Of a stretch of DNA of 36,508 bases, positions 27,414 through 36,508 are shown piece by piece. The position numbers were made by a program, and so were the translations under genes. Under the pieces are notes generated by a model that searched no databases, was not told where the DNA came from, and saw nothing but the letters and a program-made list of their open reading frames with translations. The stretch comes from Chthoniobacteraceae bacterium (GTDB lineage Bacteria; Verrucomicrobiota; Verrucomicrobiia; Chthoniobacterales; Chthoniobacteraceae), in assembly GCA_040081625.1 (NCBI GenBank), contig JBEBGD010000052.1, forward strand, positions 1-36,508, in the 5' to 3' direction. How positions within the stretch are numbered: the stretch's first letter is position 1; every line of letters starts with the position of its first letter.

Positions 27414-27460
27414 CGGGAATTAACATAAAGCAGCGGCCGTGCCGCATTGCAAGCCGCGGC

Positions 27461-28057
27461 TCAGTGGCGGCCGTTGTGCGCGCTGCCGTTGGCGGTCTTG
27501 AAAAACTTCGTCACGAACATCGGCGGGATGTTTGCGAGGCAGTATTCGCTCTCGGTGCGCGGGAAGTAGTCGCAGTGGCCACGGTCGCGCAGCTCATTGG
27601 TGACCTGATAGATGACGAAGGCCGCGTCGTCGTGCGGCGCGAGCATCTCGAAGGTCGCGCGGAGGAGGGCGCGCTTTTTCTCCGGCTCGATGAGGCTGAA
27701 AGGAATGCCGGACACGACGTAGTCGCAGTGCGCGAGGCCGCGTTCGGCGAGCGCCTGCGGAAGGGTGGCGGCGTCGGCATTGAGCACGACCACGCGAGGA
27801 TCGGCACTGAAAACTTCGCTGAGGTGCGCGGCGAGCTCACGGTCCAACTCGAAGAGCAGCAGCCGCGAGTCGCCATGCAACCCGCGGACGATCTCGCGGG
27901 TATGGCAGCCTTCGCCCGGCCCAAACTCGGCGACAATCCGAGGCCTGGAGAGGTCCATTTTCGCCACCACCTTGCGAACCAGCGTGCGGGAACTCGGCAC
28001 GATGGAAGCTACCTGGCGCGGGCGGCTGAGGAAGCGTTTCAAGAAAAGGACACTCAT
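27461..28057 (-). CDS. Phospholipid N-methyltransferase-like SAM methyltransferase (PmtA-like)
   Basis: VASIVPSS, EFGPGEG, DYVVSGIPF, NIPP. Confidence 0.82.
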   Translation of the reverse strand: MSVLFLKRFLSRPRQVASIVPSSRTLVRKVVAKMDLSRPRIVAEFGPGEGCHTREIVRGLHGDSRLLLFELDRELAAHLSEVFSADPRVVVLNADAATLPQALAERGLAHCDYVVSGIPFSLIEPEKKRALLRATFEMLAPHDDAAFVIYQVTNELRDRGHCDYFPRTESEYCLANIPPMFVTKFFKTANGSAHNGRH

Positions 28058-28207
28058 CGTGTTGGTTCGCGGCGAGGCGAAAGGCGCGCAGCTTAGGGGG
28101 CATCGCCGTCTTGTCTAGCCACCAACGCGCCGGGCCGTCGGGAGGGCGCGCCTAAAAAAGTGCGCGCATCGCTAAACTTTGTATTGCCACGAGAGACTGC
28201 ACTCAGT

Positions 28208-28801
28208 ATGGAATTTCACAAACGGACGCCCATGCCGACTCCTCCTGCCTCACCGAATCTCATTACCGTAAAGGAAACCGCCGAATATCTGCGCATCCCG
28301 CTGCCTACGGTTTACTACCTCGTCCAGCGCGGACAGATTCCCGCAGTGCAAATCGGCGGTCGTTGGCGTGTTAAAAAGGATCTGCTCGACCGCGACGTCC
28401 TGCGGACCGAAGGCGGCGGCCAACCCACCGTGCTCGTGGTCGATGATGACGAAGCGCTCCAGGAGATGTTCAAGCTCTTCCTGAAGAAAGCCGGCTTCAG
28501 CCGCCTGATCGTTGGCACCGGCAAGGAAGCGCTCGCGGCGCTCGAAAAGCAAAAATTCGACCTCTGCTTCCTCGACCTTCAATTGCCCGACATCACCGGC
28601 GATGAAATCTACGCGGTCGCGAAGGACAAATACCCCGAACTTCCCATCGTCATCATCACCGGCTACCCGGACAGCGTGATGATGAACAACATCCTCAAGC
28701 ACGGCCCGGTGACGATGCTGAAGAAGCCGCTGAAGGTCGAGGCCTTGCAGGAGACGCTGCGGCATCTCGGGCACAAGGCGCAGGCGGCAAAGGCCGCGTA
28801 A
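28208..28801 (+). CDS. Excisionase-like HTH_17 + receiver-domain response regulator
   Basis: ITVKETAEYLRI..TVY...IPAVQIGGRWR, then LVVDDD, FLDLQLPD, ITGY, KKP; alternative start 28232. Confidence 0.88.
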   Translation: MEFHKRTPMPTPPASPNLITVKETAEYLRIPLPTVYYLVQRGQIPAVQIGGRWRVKKDLLDRDVLRTEGGGQPTVLVVDDDEALQEMFKLFLKKAGFSRLIVGTGKEALAALEKQKFDLCFLDLQLPDITGDEIYAVAKDKYPELPIVIITGYPDSVMMNNILKHGPVTMLKKPLKVEALQETLRHLGHKAQAAKAA

Positions 28802-28829
28802 CGCAGCGCGCGTCCAACCGGGCGGCGGC

Positions 28830-29324
28830 TCACTCGTCGCGCAATTCACGCAGGAAACACTCCTGCAGCCAGCCGTAGAAGTGCACCTGGAAGATCGCCA
28901 GCGCTCGCGCGTCGCCATCAGTCGGGATGGGGCCGTCCATGTCGCTCTCGGTGAAGTTGTGGTCCGCGGCGATCGCGAGCCGCGCCTGGTTGAGGCCATG
29001 CACCCACGCGTCGAGATGCCTGACCGACAGGTGCAGCGTGTGGTGATCGGCCGCCGGACGCGCCGGCGGAAATTCGGCGATGTCCTTCTGGATCACATCG
29101 ATGCTCGTCGCGAAAAGTTCCACCAACTCCGGCTCGACGTAGTCGCACCATTCCGAATCCAACTCCGCATCGGCACCGGCCGTCGGCTTCGGAAAAAGCC
29201 GGTCATGCACCGCCGGATTCTCGTCAGGATTCACGCAAAGGTGAATCTGGTGAAGCAGTTCGGTGCAGAAAAGATCGAGAGGGCCGATCGCTATGGTTTG
29301 TTCGTCGAGGCGCGTGACTTTCAC
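28830..29324 (-). CDS. DUF2017-family protein
   Basis: DRLFP, AWVHGLNQARL, FYGWLQE; directly downstream of clpS. Confidence 0.7.
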   Translation of the reverse strand: MKVTRLDEQTIAIGPLDLFCTELLHQIHLCVNPDENPAVHDRLFPKPTAGADAELDSEWCDYVEPELVELFATSIDVIQKDIAEFPPARPAADHHTLHLSVRHLDAWVHGLNQARLAIAADHNFTESDMDGPIPTDGDARALAIFQVHFYGWLQECFLRELRDE

Positions 29325-29335
29325 TCGCGCGTTTT

Positions 29336-29617
29336 CTACTCCCGCTTCTCCAGCGTGGCGAGCAAGAGATACCCGTGAAGCTGCTGGACGTAGGCCTCCG
29401 CGCGTTCGCGCTGGCCAGTCCAGACGATGCTCCGGCCCATTTGGTGCACCTCGAGCATGTGTTTCTGCGCCTTTTCCTTCGTGAAACCGAAGACCTTGAT
29501 GAATACGCGCGAGACGTAGCTCATCAGGTTCACGGGATCATTGTGAACCACCACGTTCCACGGAACATCGAGCGAGGTTTCGCTCTCGGTTTTCTCTACG
29601 ACGATCGTCTCCGGCAT
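29336..29617 (-). CDS. clpS: ATP-dependent Clp protease adaptor ClpS
   Basis: WNVVVHNDPVNLMSYV...MLEVHQMGRS...LLATLEK. Confidence 0.93.
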   Translation of the reverse strand: MPETIVVEKTESETSLDVPWNVVVHNDPVNLMSYVSRVFIKVFGFTKEKAQKHMLEVHQMGRSIVWTGQRERAEAYVQQLHGYLLLATLEKRE

Positions 29618-29627
29618 CGCCCCAAGA

Positions 29628-30635
29628 TTAACGCGCCGCGCCCGGAGTGCCAGCAGCCGATCCAGCCGGCGAAGCCGGCGCGACGAACGTCTCGAGTTCG
29701 CCGACCCACTCGTTGAATCGCGGATGCTGCGGATTGGCGCGCAGGATCTGAAAAAGCTCGCCGATGGCCTTGTTGCGCAACCCGAGTCCACCGTATTCCT
29801 TCGCCCGGCTCCACAGCAACTCCGTGCGGCGCTCCTTCGCAAACTTGTCCTGGTCGAAGGCGGACTTTGTCTTCACGGCCTCGCCCTCCTGCTTGATCTT
29901 CATGTCCCAGTATTCGAGCACGCGTGCATCGCGCGCCCGGCGCAGCTCGGGCAGGATGATCGCACTATAAATACCGTCCACATCGCCTGGCCGCATCTCC
30001 CACTTGTCGATCCGCAGCAGTTCCTCCGCACGGAGCGCCTTCACCGGCGGGCTGCCGGGCAGCGGGCGACTGAGGATCTGGTCATGCTCACGCTTGATGC
30101 GATCGTCCTCGTTCGCGCTGCGGTTGCGCGCGTTGCCGGGCCGCGCCCCAGCCCGATCCTTTTCCTTCTGCGCGTGCTCCATCATCGCCTCCATCGTCGC
30201 CGCGTCGGTCAGCACGTCCTTCGTGTATTGGATGATGCTTGGGACAAGGTCCTTCGCCGGTGTGCCGAGCGCGTGCTGCGTGGTGAGCGTGAGCCAGCGG
30301 AAATACAGCACCGCCGCCGTCTGCACTTCCTTCTCGGCGAAGAGCGCACCCTGCTTTTCCTTCCAGTCGCGGAAGGCGGCGCCTTCCTTTTCCACGCCCT
30401 CGAACTGCGTCTGGCGCACCGCCTCGATCCACGCCGAAGCCGCAGCCGGCCCGCTCGCAGCGCCGGCCTGCGCGGCCTTGAGCACGGCCTGTCGCGAGGT
30501 CTTCGCCTGCAGCGTCTGCTGATCCTTCAATGCCTGGAGCGCCTGGAGAAGCTGCGCGGGATCGATCGCGGGCGCGTCCTGCTGCGCGCGGACGGTGGCG
30601 ATGAAAGCGATGAGGGAGAGGATGATGGTGCGCAT
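29628..30635 (-). CDS. Secreted helical hypothetical protein
   Basis: Signal peptide MRTIILSLIAFIATVRA-QQ; fills the gap in a co-oriented run. Confidence 0.75.
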   Translation of the reverse strand: MRTIILSLIAFIATVRAQQDAPAIDPAQLLQALQALKDQQTLQAKTSRQAVLKAAQAGAASGPAAASAWIEAVRQTQFEGVEKEGAAFRDWKEKQGALFAEKEVQTAAVLYFRWLTLTTQHALGTPAKDLVPSIIQYTKDVLTDAATMEAMMEHAQKEKDRAGARPGNARNRSANEDDRIKREHDQILSRPLPGSPPVKALRAEELLRIDKWEMRPGDVDGIYSAIILPELRRARDARVLEYWDMKIKQEGEAVKTKSAFDQDKFAKERRTELLWSRAKEYGGLGLRNKAIGELFQILRANPQHPRFNEWVGELETFVAPASPAGSAAGTPGAAR

Positions 30636-30640
30636 GATGA

Positions 30641-31090
30641 TCAGGGTGTCGGAAGAAGCTTCAACACCTCGCGAAGCACGCAGTTCTGCGCCCGGCGCAT
30701 CCGGGCCGCGGGCGCGGCGGCGAGGTCGTCGAAGCCGTTCAAGTGCAGGAGCCCGTGGATGCTGTAAAGCGCCAACTCGCGCTCAATCGGGTGGCGGTAG
30801 CGCTTCGCGTAGGCGACCGCCGTGTCCGCGCTCACGACGATGTCGCCGTGCTCGAAGGTGATCACGTCGGTCGGCCCCTCGATGCCCATGAAGTCCACGT
30901 GCACCTTTGCGATCGCAGTATCGCTCACGATCGCGACGACGACCTCGGGCAGCGCCCGCAACGCGAACCGGCCATCGTCGGAAAGCGCGGCGCATTTCGG
31001 GAGCGCGAGCGCGACGGCGCGGCGCAGCCAGCGCGTATCCAGCGCGACGCGTCGCTGGCGGTTGAGCAACTCGATCGTTGGCTCGCTCAC
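30641..31090 (-). CDS. ybeY: rRNA maturation endoribonuclease YbeY
   Basis: PTDVITF, GDIVVS, HGLLHLNGFDD; GTG overlaps the upstream TGA. Confidence 0.9.
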   Translation of the reverse strand: MSEPTIELLNRQRRVALDTRWLRRAVALALPKCAALSDDGRFALRALPEVVVAIVSDTAIAKVHVDFMGIEGPTDVITFEHGDIVVSADTAVAYAKRYRHPIERELALYSIHGLLHLNGFDDLAAAPAARMRRAQNCVLREVLKLLPTP

Positions 31091-32721
31091 GCCGCCGACA
31101 TTGGCGCCCGCGTCTTCGAGCTCGGCGGCTGGTGCAGGCCGCTCTTGGTCGGCTTGGTGTCCTCGGGATACGCGATGCGGCTGTGCATCATGCTCTGGAG
31201 CGTGTTGCGGAAGCTTTCGCAGACTTCCTCCAGCTCGCGCATCGTCAGGTCGCACTCCTTGAGCTGCCCATCGACGAGCCGCTTGTCGATGATGTCGCGG
31301 ATGAGCTGGTCGATCTTTTGCGGTGTCACGCGCTCGAGGCTGCGCGAGGCGCTCTCGATGCAGTCGGCCAGCGAAATGACTGCGCACTCGCGCGCCTGCG
31401 GCCGCGGCCCGGAGTAGCGGAAGCTCTCCTCACGCACGTCGGGGATGTCCTCCTCGCGGATGTTCATGATCTTTCCGCCGGCGCGCGCGTCCTCCTGCTG
31501 CTGGAGCGCGCGCTTGTAGAAGTAGAACACGAGCGTCGTGCCGTGGTGCTGCTGGATCACATCGACGATCTCCTGGCAGAGGTTGTATTTGAGCGCGAGG
31601 TCCACGCCTTCCTTCACGTGGGCGACGATGATCAGCGCGCTCATCGTCGGCGCGAGTTCGTCGTGCGGGTTGCGGCCATGCCGCATGTTCTCGGTGAAGT
31701 AGTCCGGTTTGATGAGCTTGCCGATGTCGTGGAAGTAGCTGCACACGCGCGCCATCGTGGCGTTCGCGCCGATCGTCTCGCACGCGGCCTCGGCGAGCGT
31801 GGCGACGACGAGCGAATGCTGATACGTGCCGGGCGCCTCGATCATCATGCGCTTGAGCAGCGGGTGATTGAGGTCCGCCATCTCGATCCAGGAAATCTCC
31901 GTCGTGATCCCGAACAGGCCCTCGAAGATCGGCAGCGCACCGCTGATGAGCAGCGCCGGCACCACGCCACTGAGCACCGCGGCCAGCACCTGCCACCCGA
32001 AGACCTCCCAGTTTGGAGCCACGACTCCCGCGAGCTGCACGACGAGGATTTTCCCAAAAAGCATCGCGAGCAGCAGCGTGGCGAGGCCGACAAAAAAGCC
32101 CGCGCGAATCAGCCGCGAGCGCCGCCTGACCTGCAGCGTGACGAAGACCGCGATGAAGCCGCAGATGAGGCTCATCACGAGCAGTTGCGGGTCGATCGCG
32201 AAGCCGAACATCGAACCCCAAAGGCTCACGTAGATCGCGGCGAAGATGCCATGATTGCGCCCAAAGAGCACCGAGAGCAGCAGCGGGCCGAAGGCATACG
32301 GCACCGCGAGATCCCAGATGTCCTTTCGCTCGAAGCCGCTCAGTTCGCCGCCGCTCATCTGGCCCTGGCTGACCGCGAAGCCGAGCGCGAACTTCACAAG
32401 CCCGAGGTGAAGCAGGATCACGACGAACATCAGCAGCAGCCGCGAATTGCGGTCGAAGGTCTTCGGGTGGTTGATCCAGAGTTGCGCGAGTGCCGTCAGG
32501 AAAATGAGCAGTGCGATGAGCAGCTTCTCCGGGCGCTGTGCGACCGGGCCCGTCAGCAGCAGCGCCGCGAGGCCGGTCAAAAATCCGATGCAGACGAGCG
32601 CCTTCGCCAACGGACCGTATTCGAGAGTCTGCTGCCATTCGCTATCCGTGCGCCTCCGGCGTTGCTTGGAGGCTGCGAAGCCCCGTTTGACGAGGCGCTG
32701 ACGTTCAAAGAAGCCGAACAT
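31087..32721 (-). CDS. 7TM-HD phosphohydrolase (PgpH/YqfF-like, candidate c-di-AMP phosphodiesterase)
   Basis: Multiple TMs; EAPGTYQHS, HDIGK, QHHGT, FRYSGPRP, LADCIESA; located in phoH-x-ybeY order. Confidence 0.88.
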   Translation of the reverse strand: MFGFFERQRLVKRGFAASKQRRRRTDSEWQQTLEYGPLAKALVCIGFLTGLAALLLTGPVAQRPEKLLIALLIFLTALAQLWINHPKTFDRNSRLLLMFVVILLHLGLVKFALGFAVSQGQMSGGELSGFERKDIWDLAVPYAFGPLLLSVLFGRNHGIFAAIYVSLWGSMFGFAIDPQLLVMSLICGFIAVFVTLQVRRRSRLIRAGFFVGLATLLLAMLFGKILVVQLAGVVAPNWEVFGWQVLAAVLSGVVPALLISGALPIFEGLFGITTEISWIEMADLNHPLLKRMMIEAPGTYQHSLVVATLAEAACETIGANATMARVCSYFHDIGKLIKPDYFTENMRHGRNPHDELAPTMSALIIVAHVKEGVDLALKYNLCQEIVDVIQQHHGTTLVFYFYKRALQQQEDARAGGKIMNIREEDIPDVREESFRYSGPRPQARECAVISLADCIESASRSLERVTPQKIDQLIRDIIDKRLVDGQLKECDLTMRELEEVCESFRNTLQSMMHSRIAYPEDTKPTKSGLHQPPSSKTRAPMSAA

Positions 32722-32729
32722 TGGGATGA

Positions 32730-32763
32730 CGGGGGGTAGTGTCGGGGCGGACCGGGGGGTAGT
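32730..32763. repeat. 11-bp direct repeat in the phoH-HD intergenic region
   Basis: CGGGGGGTAGT at 32730-32740 and 32753-32763. Confidence 0.7.
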
Positions 32764-33741
<978 letters not shown>

Positions 33742-33771
33742 GGGCGCGGGCCGAAGCCCGCGATTGATTTG

Positions 33772-34203
33772 CTAGCGGAACCCATATGCGAGCGCCCACG
33801 TGGTGCGCTCCTGCGGCGACTTCTCGACTTCGACGATGAGGTAATACGAGCCCGTCTTCTTCGGCACCACGCGCGCGGCGCAGAAGTGCGGCTTCTGCCA
33901 GGCCTCGACTTCGACGAGGTTGCCTTCGCTGTCGTAAACGTGGACGGAAATCTTCGCGGTCTTCTCATCGGTGCCCATCCAGAACCAGTATTCGTTGCCT
34001 TTGAAAAGCTGATGGACGATCGCCTTGGTCGTCTTCACGGGCAGGTCGCCCCCCCAGTAGTCTTCGCGGACGGTGAAGCCTTCCTTCACATAGGGCGCCG
34101 CGGCCTCGAGCGCGAAAGCCAGCGCGTCGTCGATGCTCGAATAGGCATGACCCGGCGCGAGCAGCAGCGCGAGGGACAGCATGGCGGAAAGTGTCGCTTT
34201 CAA
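33772..34203 (-). CDS. Small secreted beta-sandwich hypothetical protein
   Basis: Signal peptide; FKGNEYWF, VYDSEG, PKKTGSYYLIV resemble PPC-like domains. Confidence 0.7.
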   Translation of the reverse strand: MKATLSAMLSLALLLAPGHAYSSIDDALAFALEAAAPYVKEGFTVREDYWGGDLPVKTTKAIVHQLFKGNEYWFWMGTDEKTAKISVHVYDSEGNLVEVEAWQKPHFCAARVVPKKTGSYYLIVEVEKSPQERTTWALAYGFR

Positions 34204-34221
34204 TTGATTGGAATCCTTGGG

Positions 34222-35031
34222 TTAATGCTTCTCCCCGATCTTCTTCACCAGCCGGCTGGTCACCTCGCCCACCGCCTTGACTGACTTCTCGGAGATCTGC
34301 GTCCCGTCCTCGGCGCCCACCAGCGGCCGGATTTCGAGCACGCCCTTTTGCACTTCGGCGAGGAGCGGGTGCCGCTTGAGCTTCGCAGGCATGCCGCCCA
34401 GCTTGCGGTCGAAAAAGTCGAGCAATGCAGGCTGGTGAAGCAGTTCCGCGCCATCGCGGCTGAAGGCCCTGCCGACGACCTCCGTGAGCGCCTCGGTGCC
34501 GCGCAGCCAGCCGCCGATCGAAATGAGCTGCGAGAGTGGCTCGCTATTGAGTTCGACCATGGCCGACTTCACGTCCGACTGCGCCTTGTCGAGTTCCCGG
34601 CGGACTTCCTGCCAGTCCTTTTTTTCCGCGCCGTCGATGATCGCCCGGGCCCGCTCATCCACCTTCTTTTCGACACCGAGTGCCTTGGCCAGCTTGCGCA
34701 CGCTCCCGCCGATCTTCTTGACCTCGTCGGGATTCTCCGCCTCGACGGCGATGAAGCCCTCGGCGATGACGACGCCCATCTGGAGGGCGATCTGCGCCTG
34801 CTCGGAAGGCACCTTCACGGTTTCCTTGGTCGGCCGCAGCACGTCGGCCCAGTTCGGCCGCGAGCCGAGTTTGTCGAGCACGTTGAAAACCTCGCTCGGC
34901 ACGGGCACCAGCACGTTGTCGATCACCTTGGCCTGGGCGGGCAAGCCGCTCACGTCGATCTTCTGCGGAGTCTCCGCCCAGAGCGGTGCAGCCACCGCGA
35001 GCGCCAGCGATACAATTCGGAAGTAAGTCAT
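34222..35031 (-). CDS. Secreted helical hypothetical protein
   Basis: Signal peptide MTYFRIVSLALAVAAPLWA-E; VPVPSE, LQMGV, IGGWLRG. Confidence 0.75.
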   Translation of the reverse strand: MTYFRIVSLALAVAAPLWAETPQKIDVSGLPAQAKVIDNVLVPVPSEVFNVLDKLGSRPNWADVLRPTKETVKVPSEQAQIALQMGVVIAEGFIAVEAENPDEVKKIGGSVRKLAKALGVEKKVDERARAIIDGAEKKDWQEVRRELDKAQSDVKSAMVELNSEPLSQLISIGGWLRGTEALTEVVGRAFSRDGAELLHQPALLDFFDRKLGGMPAKLKRHPLLAEVQKGVLEIRPLVGAEDGTQISEKSVKAVGEVTSRLVKKIGEKH

Positions 35032-35108
35032 CGGGACGCGGATGCTCCGCGAGAATCCGGGGCATTTCAACCCCGCCTTTTCCCCTCCGCTTTCCAGCCC
35101 GCGAGCGG

Positions 35109-36065
35109 TCAAAACGGAAGCCTCGGCTTCTTGAACGGCAGCTTTGGAATCGAGAACGGCGTCGGGCCGCGGGAAGGGCTCTTCGTCTTCGGTTTCGCAG
35201 TCGAGCTGGATTTCGGGCGCGGGGTGCTCTCTGCCGGGGGGCTCGGCGTGGCGACGGGCTCGGGCGCGGGGGTGGCCGGAAAGGGCGTCGGCATGGGGGT
35301 CGGCGCCGGAGTGGCTGGCGGCGGCGTCACCGGCGGAGCCGTGGCGGCGGCGGTTCGTGGCACGGGATCGGGATCGCGCACTGCCTCCACGACGAGCAGC
35401 GCGACGAGTCCCACGCATCCCGCGCCGAGCATCCAACTCCACTTTCCTGCCTGTCGCAGTGCGCTGGCCGCCGCGTGCAGCCTTGGGCGGAGCACCGCTT
35501 TCGGCAAGGCGGGAGGCGCTGACGCCGCGACGGCCTTTCGCGCACGCTGGCGCGCGGCCTTGCGCGCGGCGTGGACTTCATTCACCGAGCGGGAGAGCAC
35601 CTCCGCGAGATCTTCGAGGTCGTGTTTGTAGTCCGCGCCCGAACTGCGGAGCACGCGCCCATTCCGCCGCCGGAGCGCGCGCAGCCCCTCGGGAAGCAGG
35701 TCGGCGGCGGGCATGGCCGCGCGTTTGACCATGACGGGGATCACCCGCACGTCGGGCAGGCCGAGCGCGGTTTCGATCTCGATCCGCACGTGGTCGCACG
35801 GATCCTCGAGGCGGCGCTGGCCGTGACTGTCGGTGGCATTGGGCCAGTCGTGGCCGATGAAGACGAGCACCACCGCGCAGTCGCGCAGGCTCTGCTGAAT
35901 GAAGGTCGGGAAATCGACGCCGGCGGGGATCGTATCGACATCGCGAAAGATGGCGCCGTCCGTGAAACGCGGGCGCAGGTCTTCATATGCGCGGTCCACC
36001 ATCTCCTCGCTGTCGAGGCGACGGTAGCAGATGAAGATGGAGTTCGGCGGCAAGGTCTCGCGCAT
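35109..36065 (-). CDS. TIR (TIR_2) domain protein with TM and Pro/Thr-rich tail
   Basis: IFICYRRLDS, FRDVDTIPAGVDF, VLVFIG..W, DHVRIEIETAL, RVIPVMV; TM WMLGAGCVGLVALLVV. Confidence 0.85.
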   Translation of the reverse strand: MRETLPPNSIFICYRRLDSEEMVDRAYEDLRPRFTDGAIFRDVDTIPAGVDFPTFIQQSLRDCAVVLVFIGHDWPNATDSHGQRRLEDPCDHVRIEIETALGLPDVRVIPVMVKRAAMPAADLLPEGLRALRRRNGRVLRSSGADYKHDLEDLAEVLSRSVNEVHAARKAARQRARKAVAASAPPALPKAVLRPRLHAAASALRQAGKWSWMLGAGCVGLVALLVVEAVRDPDPVPRTAAATAPPVTPPPATPAPTPMPTPFPATPAPEPVATPSPPAESTPRPKSSSTAKPKTKSPSRGPTPFSIPKLPFKKPRLPF

Positions 36066-36132
36066 GTGCGGTCTCTGCGACGGCCCGAACCGTGCCTTCT
36101 ATGTGCCCCCGTGCCGAGCGGAAAAGTGCGGG

Positions 36133-36498
36133 CTACTTCCCGCGCAACGCGATCCCGGCGAGCGCGAGCTTCGCGGCAGCGATGCCGCAGACCGGGAAGA
36201 CCACGTAGGAAAAATCGCGCCGGGAAGGCGTGGTCGTGATGACCGCGGCGACGATCCAGCAGCCGGCCACGAGCGCGTGGAATCCCGTGAACCGCCACAA
36301 CGCGCGATCCGACAGCCGCCAGCCACGGCCCAACGCGTGTGCGACGAACTGCCAGCAGAGGAACCCGCTGCCCACACTTAACCCCAGCAGACCGCCGCCG
36401 ATGAATACGTCGCGACGCCACGCATTCTCCACCCCGACCCTGCCCACGTTCTGCAAAATGCCCACCCACTCCCCCGCCACGTCGGAGAGCAGATCCAC
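36133..36498 (-). CDS. Small membrane hypothetical protein, possibly 5'-truncated
   Basis: About three hydrophobic segments; frame is open to the window edge. Confidence 0.5.
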   Translation of the reverse strand: MDLLSDVAGEWVGILQNVGRVGVENAWRRDVFIGGGLLGLSVGSGFLCWQFVAHALGRGWRLSDRALWRFTGFHALVAGCWIVAAVITTTPSRRDFSYVVFPVCGIAAAKLALAGIALRGK

Positions 36499-36508
36499 GG
36501 TGCCGCTG

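Noticed and set aside
28232..28400. Excisionase suggesting a prophage or ICE
   Set aside because: Fused to a receiver domain; no integrase, att-like repeats or phage genes
29648..29653. Sigma54 promoter (TGGCAC) before clpS
   Set aside because: No TTGC at the -12 position

Overview
High-GC bacterial chromosomal segment, probably Verrucomicrobia/PVC (inferred from gene content, not proven). It is mostly core genes: a 5'-truncated Ser/Thr kinase with a C-terminal FGE-sulfatase (C-type lectin) domain, purM-purF, a PAS histidine kinase/NarL-type regulator pair, fcl, an ABC ATPase, an L,D-transpeptidase-like protein, a TMTC-like glycosyltransferase, a MoxR-DUF58-Bat(A-E) operon, a WalJ-like MBL hydrolase, a PmtA-like methyltransferase, an HTH-receiver regulator, clpS-DUF2017, phoH-pgpH-ybeY and a TIR-domain membrane protein. 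I saw no RNA genes, CRISPR arrays, transposases or reverse transcriptase. Best leads: (1) two coupled apparent pseudo-enzymes, a catalytic-domain-less ALDH and an alkaline phosphatase that has lost its nucleophile and several metal ligands; (2) a possible DGR variable-region signature at the kinase 3' end; (3) an uncharacterised gene pair with an EExxH/ELQA zincin-like motif upstream of the MBL gene; (4) a nested inverted-repeat element; (5) a two-lipoprotein hydrolase islet; (6) a Walker A K->E change in PhoH.
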